Below, one piece after another: positions 1 to 9,806 of a stretch of 64,000 nt of DNA (positions within the stretch are counted from its first letter, which is position 1; every line of letters starts with the position of its first letter). Under the pieces are notes generated by a model. It searched no databases. It was not told the origin of the DNA and saw only the letters and a program-made list of their open reading frames with translations. The DNA lies in the IMG/VR virus record IMGVR_UViG_3300008113_000003, positions 1-64,000 of that record; one strand, given 5' to 3'. A program made the position numbers and the translations under genes.

Positions 1-275
1 TCTAGCCCATTGTCTAAACAATATTTAGTTATTTCGGGGTACCTATCTTCTTTGCATGCGGTAAAGATTACCACATATGCACCAGTTTGTTTTGCGGTAT
101 TTAAAATTTCAAACACACGTTTAAAGTCTTGGTTTTGCATCTTCCATGGGGAGATGGTATCATCATAATCACAAGCTATGATTATTTTACCATGTAATTT
201 CCATTCTTCTTCCAATCTTTCAAGATATGGAATTGACTCAGGATTCTTGTCAAAATATTCTTTCATTGTGCTCAT
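1..275 (-). CDS. HAD-superfamily hydrolase, partial (runs off window)
   Basis: Manual translation MSTMKEYF...KIIIACDYDDTISPW...VVIFTAC: HAD motif I DxDDT and motif II Thr. Confidence 0.7.
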   Translation of the reverse strand, partial: MSTMKEYFDKNPESIPYLERLEEEWKLHGKIIIACDYDDTISPWKMQNQDFKRVFEILNTAKQTGAYVVIFTACKEDRYPEITKYCLDNGL

Positions 276-277
276 GC

Positions 278-385
278 TTAACGCTTATCAAAATAGGTGG
301 TGAATAATGCTAAAAGCGCAATACATACGCAAATGCCGATTACGATGATCCCCACAACTTGGGCTACTGGGTGTAAATTTTCCAT
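278..385 (-). CDS. small membrane protein (35 aa)
   Basis: Manual ORF MENLHPVAQVVGIIVIGICVCIALLALFTTYFDKR filling the gap exactly. Confidence 0.55.
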   Translation of the reverse strand: MENLHPVAQVVGIIVIGICVCIALLALFTTYFDKR

Positions 386-386
386 A

Positions 387-1358
387 TTAAAATACGTTTT
401 GTTGTTTTACTAATGAATGAATTGTTTTGTGTCTTGAGAACGTATCCACAATGGTCCCGTCTCGAACATCTTTAACACTATTTGTACAATAGATACCGTC
501 AAAGTGTTGTACTAAGAAATCAAAACCAAAACTGAAGATACCGTGAGTTACAATCAGGTAATTCTTACCGTAATGTTCACGTTTAACGGAACTTGATAGT
601 TTTCTAACCTCATCAACCGCCTTAGCTATCTCAATGAATGTTCTACCCCCATCGCAAATGTCATCAATGATGAACACATCTTTATCAGCGTCATTTACTG
701 ACATAGGTACATTGGTGTAATCGATCTTACCTGTTTCAAGGTCACGATGTTTAGATGCGATGATAACCTCGTTTCTGTATTTAACCGCTTCAGCAACATG
801 AAACACTTTTTTCAACGCACCAGCATCTGGAGAGATGAATCGAACATTTTCAAAATTCTCTGCACTCCAAGTTTCAAAACCTTTTGATAAGAAGTAATCT
901 ACCAAAGCAAATGAAACAAGATCGATGTTATCTTCTTTTTCGAAGTTATTAATACACGCTTCAAGTACATCCGAATGCGGATCAAGAATTGTTACTTTAC
1001 TGTAACCTTGCGAGTTAATGATTGGTGCGATCACTGTCTTAACATAATTGATCCCACCTTCCATAAACTTACGGTCACTTCTGGCACCAATACAATATGG
1101 GATGTAAAGTTCGATGTTTTTAACACCAACTTCTTTCAATGCTTGTGTTGCACAGATGATAAGTTCAAGGTCACTAAAAGTGTTCAGCCTTGATTTAATC
1201 ATGATACCATGTTGCTTATCAGACTCTCTAAGTGATCCGAATGTGTTGTACCCATTTTCAATCAATCTTATCGATTGTTGACCATCAGGGAAACGACTAA
1301 GTTCATATTTGAATGTAAATATGTCGTTGGGGTTTACCAAGTTTAATGTTTCTGCCAT
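387..1358 (-). CDS. prs: ribose-phosphate pyrophosphokinase family protein (Prs/Adps-like)
   Basis: FPDGQ, IPY..ARSDR, LDPHS, SPDAGA, IIDDICDGGRT (PRPP-binding loop), VTHGIFS. Confidence 0.9.
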   Translation of the reverse strand: MAETLNLVNPNDIFTFKYELSRFPDGQQSIRLIENGYNTFGSLRESDKQHGIMIKSRLNTFSDLELIICATQALKEVGVKNIELYIPYCIGARSDRKFMEGGINYVKTVIAPIINSQGYSKVTILDPHSDVLEACINNFEKEDNIDLVSFALVDYFLSKGFETWSAENFENVRFISPDAGALKKVFHVAEAVKYRNEVIIASKHRDLETGKIDYTNVPMSVNDADKDVFIIDDICDGGRTFIEIAKAVDEVRKLSSSVKREHYGKNYLIVTHGIFSFGFDFLVQHFDGIYCTNSVKDVRDGTIVDTFSRHKTIHSLVKQQNVF

Positions 1359-1360
1359 GA

Positions 1361-1483
1361 TTATTCTTCGTCTTTATTTATTTCGTCTTGTTGTTTTCTG
1401 ATTTCACGGTCATGTCTATATGCCATGATGCCAACCGCTGTTACTATTACAAGTAAGGTTGAGACTGCTACGATTACGTCCAT
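1361..1483 (-). CDS. small membrane protein (40 aa)
   Basis: Manual ORF MDVIVAVSTLLVIVTAVGIMAYRHD... Confidence 0.5.
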   Translation of the reverse strand: MDVIVAVSTLLVIVTAVGIMAYRHDREIRKQQDEINKDEE

Positions 1484-1499
1484 ATTTTATAATTAATTT

Positions 1500-1887
1500 T
1501 TATTCTTCTTCATCAGTAAATTCATACCCATCCTCATCATAGTCATATTCCGCACAAGGATAAGGCCTACCTCTTTCATCCAAGTATTGCCAATATCCAT
1601 CATCTTCCTTGGTAATTTTGTCAACATGTTCATCCCCAGGATGTTCCAACATGTTCATCCCCAGGATGTTCAACCCAAGCCCAATCAACACCTTCAACAC
1701 CTTCGGGTAAATCTATAGGTAATCCCTCTTGTTCTTTACCGTAACGCCAATTGCATGAACACCCGATTTTATTATCGGGTTCCATCACGCAATCATCACA
1801 ATGAAATGGGTTTGCATTACCAGCGTAACCTGGCATATACATCCAAACGGCTTTTTTACCGCAATCACATTTGTGGTACTTCCCCAT
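1500..1887 (-). pseudogene. Cys-rich hypothetical protein frameshifted by a 25-bp tandem duplication
   Basis: ORFs 1630-1887 and 1500-1700 share EHPGDEHV; removing one copy of 1622-1646/1647-1671 gives one 120-aa ORF. Confidence 0.75.
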
Positions 1888-2552
1888 TATTTTAAGTCTT
1901 TTAGTTTCATCAATACCTCAACCAATGTTACAGTATCTTTTTCACAGTAGTCTGTAATACCATCAATATCTTTTTTGGTCCAGAATGCTTCATGAACTTT
2001 ATTACCTGTAACTTCCATGTTCTTTGGTGATTCAATACCAAGGCTGATACACATCAACTCCAACGTACCCAATGAACCGAAAGCACCGCACGCCCAAATC
2101 TCTTTGGTGTCAATAACTTTCATGTCCCATGGTTTTGTGTCGTAAGTTGGTAAAATCTTTGGTAAAGACATACCGTTGATGATCATGCGTTTCTCAAGCA
2201 TCGGGATATCAAACCCTTTGATGTTGTGACCACATAAGGTATAACCCTTTGCATGCACACGATCCATAATATCTTTCGCACCTTCAAGAATTGTTTTTTC
2301 ATCTTCTCCTGAGAATGATTGAACTCTCACCTCACCAGCAACCATGAACGCAAAACTAATACAAACAATTTTAGCGAACTCAGGTGTCAACGCTGCTTTG
2401 TTAACAAACAATTGATCAACTGTACTTTCAGCTTCCTCTGAATATTTCTTCTGGAAATAATCCAAGTAATTGTTAAATTGGAAAGCCAAAGCTTTATTTG
2501 ACTTCTGTAATTTTTTGTAGGTAGCATCGCAACCCACGGTTTCGATATCCAT
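1887..2552 (-). CDS. 3'-5' exonuclease (PolB-exo-like, DEDD)
   Basis: DIET, GHNIKGFDIP, YCEKD motifs; frame continues upstream to an ATA at 2580-2582. Confidence 0.85.
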   Translation of the reverse strand: MDIETVGCDATYKKLQKSNKALAFQFNNYLDYFQKKYSEEAESTVDQLFVNKAALTPEFAKIVCISFAFMVAGEVRVQSFSGEDEKTILEGAKDIMDRVHAKGYTLCGHNIKGFDIPMLEKRMIINGMSLPKILPTYDTKPWDMKVIDTKEIWACGAFGSLGTLELMCISLGIESPKNMEVTGNKVHEAFWTKKDIDGITDYCEKDTVTLVEVLMKLKDLK

Positions 2553-2578
2553 GAAAAGGATTTTGTCTAATGGTGTAA

Positions 2579-3091
2579 TTATCTTTTTAATGTGATTATT
2601 GCGAAATAATAATCTTCATCATATTCGACATCTATGTCAGAGTTTTCTCTAATATCGTAATGACACATATCACAATCCCACAAAGCCGTTCTAACACCCC
2701 TCTTAAACTCTTCCATGTCAACAACGTTAAAAGGATCGATATGACACGTCAAAACTTTCGGGAGATACTTATCCTCAAGTTCTTTGTGATAATCCCGTAG
2801 AGCCAGCCAATTAGGGTCCTCAACGCCATGTAGTTTCTCATTATGGTTATCGTACCAAACATCACTTAATCTTTTAGCTTCAGCAAACTCTTCTGGGGTA
2901 ACGGTGATCACCCTACTAGTGTGAATCATATCAACATCAAGACAGGGTAAATCCTTCCTAACGATCTGCTCACCAACATAATACCCGATTTGGTATTCCA
3001 TTGTCATCTCTTTGATCCACTTAATCCTTGCGTTGCGGATTTCTTCACGCTCTTCAGGCGTTATATCAAATATTTTATTGCGCTTTATCAT
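2579..3091 (-). CDS. hypothetical protein
   Basis: ORF in tightly packed operon; start adjusted to MIKRNK. Confidence 0.65.
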   Translation of the reverse strand: MIKRNKIFDITPEEREEIRNARIKWIKEMTMEYQIGYYVGEQIVRKDLPCLDVDMIHTSRVITVTPEEFAEAKRLSDVWYDNHNEKLHGVEDPNWLALRDYHKELEDKYLPKVLTCHIDPFNVVDMEEFKRGVRTALWDCDMCHYDIRENSDIDVEYDEDYYFAIITLKR

Positions 3092-3092
3092 A

Positions 3093-3497
3093 CTATTTTT
3101 GTTTATCAATTCTAATTACCGAACCCTGACCATACATTACTTGAATGTAATAAGACCCTAATTTATACATTTCACCAGTAAATTGGTTAGCGTAAATCTC
3201 ATATTCATCACCAACCTCAGAACCGTACTTCTCAGCTACCCCAAGTAAAATCCAAAATAATTTTTCACGTGGTTCATAACCTCTCCTATATTCACGATCT
3301 CTATATTTATCGGAACCATACCAGTTATCAAGATGTTCTATTGATCCGTCAATATCATCCTTAATACGATTCCACATACGATCAACCCATCGATCTTTAT
3401 ACTCGTCTTCTCGTCTAAGTTTCTCCGCAAATTTTTCCAAAGATTCTTTTCCTTCAGGGGAATCAAAGAATGCGTTTATTTCCTCAATGGTCATCAT
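3093..3497 (-). CDS. hypothetical protein
   Basis: ORF track, ATGA overlap with upstream gene. Confidence 0.65.
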   Translation of the reverse strand: MMTIEEINAFFDSPEGKESLEKFAEKLRREDEYKDRWVDRMWNRIKDDIDGSIEHLDNWYGSDKYRDREYRRGYEPREKLFWILLGVAEKYGSEVGDEYEIYANQFTGEMYKLGSYYIQVMYGQGSVIRIDKQK

Positions 3498-4237
3498 TGT
3501 TCTGTTGTTGGTTTAAGCCACATACCCGTACCAAACATGATCTCAAGTATCCTCGGGTTAATTATTCTAATCTTCTCAAACAACTCAAGGGTTTTTAACG
3601 TGTCATGTTTCATCATCTTGAATACCTCATCTCTGATTCTTTCTTGTGAAACAACCAGTTCAAGTTTATCAACCACACTGTCCATCAAACAAGTTTCCAT
3701 TATTGATGTTGAGATGGTAAATCCTTTGGTAATTGAGAATCTAAACGCTCTTAATAACCTCAACGGATCATCCAACATAGTATCTTTAGCATCCAATGGG
3801 GTGATCAACACTTTGTTCTCCAAAGCTGACATACCATCAAAAAAGTCAATGATATTACCATTCTCATCTTTTGCAAGTGCGTTCAAAGTAAAATCCCTAC
3901 GCTGTAAGTCATCATGTAAAGTCCCAGGAAGAACAATTGGTTGTCTTGTATCTTTGAAATAACCAACTTCTTTACGGGCCATAACAAAGTCAGCCACACC
4001 CTCATATTTGTGGTTCTTAGGGAATTTCGCCCTGATTGTAAAGCAATCATTTGTTACCAAGAAGATTTCAAAACCCTCTTCCTTAAGGTAATTCTCAAGC
4101 ACATCAAACATATCGGGTGCAGAGTAATGGGTCAATAGTAACTTCTCGTCAGGAACGGCAACATAGTCAACGTCCTTAGATTGAAGCCCTAAGATCTCAT
4201 CTCTTACTTTTCCACCTACTTCATAAAACTTAAACAT
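3494..4237 (-). CDS. cca: tRNA nucleotidyltransferase (CCA-adding)/poly(A) polymerase family, short form
   Basis: VGGKVRD...DVDY, DLQRRDFTLNALA, DDPLRLLRAFRF, SQERIRDE class II NTase motifs. Confidence 0.85.
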   Translation of the reverse strand: MFKFYEVGGKVRDEILGLQSKDVDYVAVPDEKLLLTHYSAPDMFDVLENYLKEEGFEIFLVTNDCFTIRAKFPKNHKYEGVADFVMARKEVGYFKDTRQPIVLPGTLHDDLQRRDFTLNALAKDENGNIIDFFDGMSALENKVLITPLDAKDTMLDDPLRLLRAFRFSITKGFTISTSIMETCLMDSVVDKLELVVSQERIRDEVFKMMKHDTLKTLELFEKIRIINPRILEIMFGTGMWLKPTTEQ

Positions 4238-4240
4238 AAC

Positions 4241-4795
4241 TTAATCCTCAAATAAATTAATTAGATACTTGTACATCTGATAATATTCGTGACCAGGATA
4301 TTCAACACCATCACCTCTAAGACCAAGTGCTTTGGTAAACTCCGTATTTTCTTTTTTATACATCTCAAACATACGACTACCTGTCATTTTTGAGTATTGT
4401 ACGTTAGCAATGCGATCACATAACTTAACAAATACAGCACCTGGTGTATTACGAATACCCTCATAGTATTTGTCGTTGGCACGTTCCTTTCTATTCTTAC
4501 CCTTCTCATTAGTTACAGCGTAAATAATATCCGCAGCTTCTTGACCTAAGGCATCTTTAACGTCATTGTAAGACACACGAGTATCTTCAATCAAATCGTG
4601 ACCCCAAGCACCAAGCATAATGTCGTTAACATCTTGGTTACCAGGGTGTAAATAATTCTTAGGTATCATCAGATACATAAATTTGTTAGCCATGTTAGCA
4701 ACCATGCGCAAATGAAACTCATAAGGCAAATACTTATCGTACATATGATTTGTATTCTCGTGTTGGGTTAATACCCATTTAATTTCTTTTTCCAT
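4241..4795 (-). CDS. HD-domain (p)ppGpp-hydrolase-like protein (Mesh1/SpoT-HD)
   Basis: LPYEFHL, GHDLIEDT, VKLCDRIAN motifs. Confidence 0.8.
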   Translation of the reverse strand: MEKEIKWVLTQHENTNHMYDKYLPYEFHLRMVANMANKFMYLMIPKNYLHPGNQDVNDIMLGAWGHDLIEDTRVSYNDVKDALGQEAADIIYAVTNEKGKNRKERANDKYYEGIRNTPGAVFVKLCDRIANVQYSKMTGSRMFEMYKKENTEFTKALGLRGDGVEYPGHEYYQMYKYLINLFED

Positions 4796-4801
4796 ATTTT
4801 T

Positions 4802-5020
4802 TTAATTAATTTCATCCCAAAATCTTGGTGCGTTAGCCAGTGCGATTACAAAATAGATAGCGTAGAAAACTCTACCAATAATGGTTGTAAATAACCACCA
4901 ATTCATCGGGTTCATATCCCATGCAATGAAACAACCAATGACGTATATGAATAGGTTTGCTATTAACAAAGGTAATAACACCATCCAAATAACATTGAGT
5001 ATCGCTTTAATCCTGTACAT
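4802..5020 (-). CDS. small membrane protein
   Basis: Two hydrophobic segments. Confidence 0.6.
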   Translation of the reverse strand: MYRIKAILNVIWMVLLPLLIANLFIYVIGCFIAWDMNPMNWWLFTTIIGRVFYAIYFVIALANAPRFWDEIN

Positions 5021-5029
5021 AACTTTTTT

Positions 5030-5401
5030 TTACAAAGATAAGGTAAATAAATTTAACCGCCAAATAAAATCGCAAAATATAGCAGCCTTTGTCTTGGTTG
5101 ATATTATGCAATAAAAATACTTTCTGGTCTTCCATTTTTCTTTTCGGCCAAGGAAGGATACGGTTTCAAATGGGAATGATTCCTCATCCGTAAAATCATA
5201 TTTATCTTTCATCTCAACCTCGAACAAATAGCGCTGGCCATTGTGTTCTGTTACGATGTCAATACCATAATCCTCATCAAATGTTTCTTCTTTGATCACG
5301 TGACCCTTACTAACCAGATAAGCGATTAATAGTTGTTTACCAACCAAATCGTTTTCAGCGTAGGACTCGGCAACGAATTTCCTTGCTTCGTATAAGCTCA
5401 T
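5030..5401 (-). CDS. PD-(D/E)xK nuclease-like protein, C-terminus possibly truncated
   Basis: GIDIV...FEVEMK; last residues run over the next gene's promoter. Confidence 0.55.
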   Translation of the reverse strand: MSLYEARKFVAESYAENDLVGKQLLIAYLVSKGHVIKEETFDEDYGIDIVTEHNGQRYLFEVEMKDKYDFTDEESFPFETVSFLGRKEKWKTRKYFYCIISTKTKAAIFCDFIWRLNLFTLSL

Positions 5402-5622
5402 TAATTAAAATAGTTTTTGATTTTATCAGCCAATATGATGATGATAAAATAAATTAAAAAACATAAACCAATAAAAATACCAACTGGTGGTATTAGTAAT
5501 AAACTTTTTTTAAACTTGTTTAAGTTTTCTTCATAAATCTCATTGTAACCATCTTTAATTAAGACAGCAAAATAAAAATTACCCAATATGAGTAATACGA
5601 TTAGTAAAATAGATCCTAGCAT
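5401..5622 (-). CDS. small membrane protein
   Basis: Two hydrophobic segments. Confidence 0.6.
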   Translation of the reverse strand: MLGSILLIVLLILGNFYFAVLIKDGYNEIYEENLNKFKKSLLLIPPVGIFIGLCFLIYFIIIILADKIKNYFN

Positions 5623-5663
5623 GTTATAATAATAATAAATATCGTTTATTAAGTAAAATGGAT

Positions 5664-6104
5664 TTATTTATATAATTCAATAAAATCACTGCAAACACCA
5701 AAAAAACCTTCGATGTTATCACCCTCAACTGGTTGATAAACTATACCACCAGGCACAACCTCACCAGATTCACACCACATGTAACCTCTATTTGTTAAAG
5801 ATATTTTATTACCGTCATGCCAAAAGAAATGTATATTACCACCTCTGGAATCCAGCTCAACAAATTTAGAAATAACCTCGATACTCTGGCAATGAATCCA
5901 TATTCTACTTCGGTTCCTTTCCAACCAATCAATATCTAATAAATCTTTTGGTCCATCGGTACCAAGATGTAACTTCCCATCCTTAACCCAGAGATCCAAC
6001 TTAACATCATAACCTTTGTTAATTGCTTCTTGGATGTATCTTTGTGTGTTTTCTAATTCTGAGTTAACACCATTAATATTACCTCTGTTGGATATTAGTT
6101 TCAT
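5664..6104 (-). CDS. GDPD-like (glycerophosphodiester phosphodiesterase fold) protein, degenerate
   Basis: ISNRGN..ENT..GYDVKLDLW..WIHC..GVCSD resembles the short HRG/EN/ExD family, with catalytic residues altered. Confidence 0.55.
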   Translation of the reverse strand: MKLISNRGNINGVNSELENTQRYIQEAINKGYDVKLDLWVKDGKLHLGTDGPKDLLDIDWLERNRSRIWIHCQSIEVISKFVELDSRGGNIHFFWHDGNKISLTNRGYMWCESGEVVPGGIVYQPVEGDNIEGFFGVCSDFIELYK

Positions 6105-6316
6105 GAGTTATTTCTTATGTGATCTTCGGTTTCTTGTGAATCATTTAATATCACCACTTCATTATTTTCTTCATCAACAGTTAATGTTGTGACTGGTTTA
6201 TCAACACGATACATGTATTGACCGTCAAGCATTCCGACTTCACCGTTAACCACGTTAAAATCTAAAAAGTCTTCTGGTAAGTTATCCAACCACGTCTTTA
6301 GTTCTCTTAATGTCAT
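6101..6316 (-). CDS. hypothetical protein
   Basis: ORF track, overlapping stop/start. Confidence 0.6.
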   Translation of the reverse strand: MTLRELKTWLDNLPEDFLDFNVVNGEVGMLDGQYMYRVDKPVTTLTVDEENNEVVILNDSQETEDHIRNNS

Positions 6317-6519
6317 AGTCTTTTGTTTATTTCATGGAGAACTTCTGTACTTTCAGAACGTTTATTGTAGACAGCATCCCATAGTGTTTTATTTTTAAAT
6401 TTTGGGTGTGGCTGCGTCTTAGCCCATCTTTCACCCCATTGAAAATCGTTGACTGTCCAAGTCAATTTTCTGTTTGGTTTCTTAACAAAGAAACTTCTAA
6501 TTAATCTAATCAAGTACAT
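6313..6519 (-). CDS. hypothetical protein
   Basis: ORF track. Confidence 0.55.
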   Translation of the reverse strand: MYLIRLIRSFFVKKPNRKLTWTVNDFQWGERWAKTQPHPKFKNKTLWDAVYNKRSESTEVLHEINKRL

Positions 6520-6730
6520 CTCCAGTGAATAAAAATATAAGTGGTACTATAACATATTTGATCCATATCAGAGCCATAAAAACTATAACGGTATATGTTA
6601 CAATCGCCACCCAATTGTATTGTTTTATTTTATTAAAAAACCCGATGTTTTCGAGCATTATGTATCCGCTTATAAATGGGTAGAATATCATACCCATAAC
6701 AAACGTTAATATTCTTTTTAATGTTTCCAT
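6506..6730 (-). CDS. small membrane protein
   Basis: Hydrophobic segments. Confidence 0.6.
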   Translation of the reverse strand: METLKRILTFVMGMIFYPFISGYIMLENIGFFNKIKQYNWVAIVTYTVIVFMALIWIKYVIVPLIFLFTGDVLD

Positions 6731-6732
6731 AA

Positions 6733-6942
6733 TTAATATTCTAGATCTTCAAAAATACGGATGCCAAAATCCCACACCAAGAAGTTAACGCTTATCACCC
6801 AAAGGTTTGTTGAAACACCAGTTTCAATAAAATTACCTTCTGGGTTGTGCGTAAAGTACGGACATGGTAGTAAAGCTATTTGCTTGAACCCACCTTTAGT
6901 CCAAGTCCTGTAACAATAACCTTCAATTCTAATTTTTTTCAT
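6733..6942 (-). CDS. hypothetical protein
   Basis: Start adjusted to MKKIRIE (ATGA overlap). Confidence 0.55.
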   Translation of the reverse strand: MKKIRIEGYCYRTWTKGGFKQIALLPCPYFTHNPEGNFIETGVSTNLWVISVNFLVWDFGIRIFEDLEY

Positions 6943-7076
6943 ATTCCTATTACCAATTCCCATTTAAGCCAACCGATTATTAATTCGTAGTTACCATTTA
7001 ACCATCTACTATGTGTTACTTTAACGTATGGTAACACATATATTTGGGACATGACTGTATCTATACCTATTCTCAT
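6939..7076 (-). CDS. hypothetical protein (45 aa, not in ORF track)
   Basis: Manual ORF MRIGIDTVMSQIYVLPY...WELVIGI fills the gap after thyA. Confidence 0.55.
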   Translation of the reverse strand: MRIGIDTVMSQIYVLPYVKVTHSRWLNGNYELIIGWLKWELVIGI

Positions 7077-7078
7077 AA

Positions 7079-8225
7079 TTAGTTACTTAAGGGTGCTTTA
7101 ATTGTTGGATGTGATTGGTAGTTTTCAACCATAAAATCTGCTGGGTTTAGATGGTGGAATAGTGATTGATCCTCACTTAAAGATTTGTAGAACTCATCCG
7201 TTTTCATGTGTTTTAAAACAGGTAGTGGGTATGGTTCTCTTGTTCTTTTTGGTGTTGGTGTATAATACCCATCATCAAAGTCTGGTAAATTATTTGGGTC
7301 AAAATATCTTTCCATACCAGTTTCGTAATTATTTGTGAACCAAATATTATATCTTTCCTCGTCAGTTAACTCTCTACCGATTTGTTCTTTAGCTTGTTCA
7401 ATATGGTTCAAGTAAAGGTGTGTGTCACCTAAGTTTCCAATCAATTCATCTGGAACCATGTTAACAGCTTTGGCGATGATCTCAAGTAACAAACCATAAG
7501 ATGCGATATTGAATGGTAAACCTAAGAATGTATCTACTGAACGTTGATTCCACATTAAAGAGATTGCTCTGGTTGGGATATTTTCTTCATTCATCCATTT
7601 CGTGGTCATTTCTTTCGGATGCTGGTCATAGTCACCATTATCTAATCTTGAATACTTCAATGGGTCTTCATTTGTTCTACTTTTCAATATTACATATCTC
7701 TCTTCAAAACTCAACCCTCTTGTATAAACTTGAAATCCATAATGACAAGGTGGAAGAACCATTTGGTCTAATCCACCTACATTCCAAGCATTAACCATTA
7801 ATCGTCTTGAGTCTGGGTTTGTTTTAAGGTCGTTGATTAGGTTTGCAATTTGGTCTATACCCGTTGTTGTGACATGATAAACTTTATCACCTTTTTCATT
7901 TGGTACTCGTTTGAACCCCTCACCCCAACTTCTCCATTGCTTACCATACACGGGGCCTAATTCACCCCATTGTTTAGCAAACTCATCATCGGTCTTAATC
8001 ATGTTAATGAATTGTTCCTGATTCCAGATTAAATCGGGGTCACCTTCACTCGTATTCATAAAGTTTTTGAAAGCGTCTCCGTCCCAGATATGGCAATTAT
8101 TATCAACAAGGAACTTAATGTTTGTATCACCACGTAGGAACCATAGTAGTCCTGTCTTTCTTTTCAACTCCGTAATCTAAAATTGATTGAAGTAAATCTT
8201 GATATTGTTTGTCCAGATTATTCAT
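7079..8225 (-). CDS. thyA: thymidylate synthase, with apparent internal deletion/frameshift near 8150
   Basis: LLWFLRGDTN, LGPVYGKQWR, LPPCH, QRSVD.FLGLPFNIASY; true N-terminus MNNLDKQYQDLL...KDRT is in another frame. Confidence 0.92.
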
Positions 8226-8252
8226 GTTATAATAATAGTAAAATGATTTTAA

Positions 8253-8675
8253 TTAAGCAAGTGCTTTTGCGATTTCTCTACCAATCTCACGCTCTTTAAT
8301 TGTTGCTCTTTTATCGTGCAGTTTCTTACCACGAGCCAATGCTATTTCCATCTTAAAAACACCACGTTCATTCTTGAATATCTTGTAAGGAACGATAGTA
8401 AGGCCTTTGATTAAATCCTTTTGTAACTTAACCAGTTCTTTCTTCTTGAGTAGTAACTTTCGATCCCTGATCGGTTCGTGGCTGTAAGCGGTTCCGTTAC
8501 CAGTTATGTTAATATTTTTAACATAAAGCTCATCATCAACAAAAACGCAGAAAGCTTCAGTCATTGATATCTTACCATCCTTAATCGACTTCACCTCTGA
8601 CCCGTGGAGTTGCATACCAGCGACCTCAGTCCTGATAAACTCATATTCAAACCTAGCTTTCTTATTTACAAACAT
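8253..8675 (-). CDS. smpB: SsrA-binding protein SmpB
   Basis: NKKARFEY, EVAGMQLHGSEVKSIK, RDRKLLL, GKKLHDKR. Confidence 0.95.
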   Translation of the reverse strand: MFVNKKARFEYEFIRTEVAGMQLHGSEVKSIKDGKISMTEAFCVFVDDELYVKNINITGNGTAYSHEPIRDRKLLLKKKELVKLQKDLIKGLTIVPYKIFKNERGVFKMEIALARGKKLHDKRATIKEREIGREIAKALA

Positions 8676-8679
8676 AATT

Positions 8680-9273
8680 TTATTTTTTAGCAATGAATGT
8701 TCCCATACATTTTTCTTCAAAGTTTTTTAACACATCACCCTTTTTCATCTCAACATTGAAACCCAAATTTAAGAACCTATGTATAATTTGTTCAGCTTTA
8801 TCTTCGTAGTTGTAATGAAACTCAACAATCCATGTGTTAATCGATTTGATAAAGTCATTGGTTAGTGTATCAAACATTTCATATTCCGATCCCTCAATGT
8901 CAACCTTCATCAAGGTTGGTTGTTCTAATCCGTTCTCTTGAATAAACTGCTCAATATTAATACACTGAACATCAACAGAATTTGGGTTACCTAAATCAGT
9001 GTATAAACTATTACCCACACTGTGCCTACCCATATTAAACTGTTTAATCTCATGTTTACCAGTGATTGCTTTATCATAAATCATAACACGAGGGTGGTAT
9101 GTGTGAAATGTTTCGTAAAGATAAGGTATTAAATAATTTGTTGGTTCAAACGAGTATATTTGTTTGGCTATTAAAGACCACATAGTAAATACACCCACAT
9201 TGGCACCAAGATCGTAAACAACATCATCTTCTGTGATAACAATCTTACCGCCATATTCATCGTTATAGAACAA
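8680..9273 (-). CDS. FkbM-family SAM methyltransferase (N-terminus possibly missing)
   Basis: YDLGANVG, SFEP, MKVDIEGSE, VEFH. Confidence 0.85.
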   Translation of the reverse strand: MFYNDEYGGKIVITEDDVVYDLGANVGVFTMWSLIAKQIYSFEPTNYLIPYLYETFHTYHPRVMIYDKAITGKHEIKQFNMGRHSVGNSLYTDLGNPNSVDVQCINIEQFIQENGLEQPTLMKVDIEGSEYEMFDTLTNDFIKSINTWIVEFHYNYEDKAEQIIHRFLNLGFNVEMKKGDVLKNFEEKCMGTFIAKK

Positions 9274-9806
9274 ATCAGTTCTATTATTTGTTCAAGTTTT
9301 ATTATGTGTTTGTCCTTTGGGTTTACTTCAATGTATTTCTCAACATTACCTCTTATCTTTGGTGTTATAATCGGATACGGGTTTGCCTTAACATCCATGA
9401 AAAATTGTTTGTTAAGGTTGATACCACGAATGATCTTCTTCCCATTTTGTTTATCATCTTGCACATGAACAATCAAATGTAACTTACCTTCACCAGTAAC
9501 AACTTTTTTGTATGTGTTATTCAGTTTGTCTGGCCTAAACCATAGATCATCAAATATCATCATGGGTACATTGGGTCCAGTAACCTCAATATGTATATCT
9601 TTGCTTTCGATATACAAGTCAGCGTCACCTTTTTCATGGTTGTTATCCTGGGCGCTACCAGATATGTAATCAGTTGTACCAGCACCAAGACCCACAATAT
9701 CAACCCTTAAACCTGTTTCAGCTTCAATTATTTCTTTGATGAGATTCTCTTTGGTAGCTGATTGTTCCCAACTATCTTTATATGCGTCCTTCCAAAAATT
9801 ACTCAT
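9171..9806 (-). CDS. hypothetical protein, possible PD-(D/E)xK-like nuclease
   Basis: GDADLY...HIEVT; the 100-bp overlap with the FkbM gene looks abnormal. Confidence 0.5.
   Translation of the reverse strand: MSNFWKDAYKDSWEQSATKENLIKEIIEAETGLRVDIVGLGAGTTDYISGSAQDNNHEKGDADLYIESKDIHIEVTGPNVPMMIFDDLWFRPDKLNNTYKKVVTGEGKLHLIVHVQDDKQNGKKIIRGINLNKQFFMDVKANPYPIITPKIRGNVEKYIEVNPKDKHIIKLEQIIELICSITMNMAVRLLSQKMMLFTILVPMWVYLLCGL

Noticed and set aside
2552-2582. ATA start for the exonuclease as a regulatory feature
   Set aside because: The ATAA overlap is one base from a usual ATGA and cannot be distinguished from an error without reads
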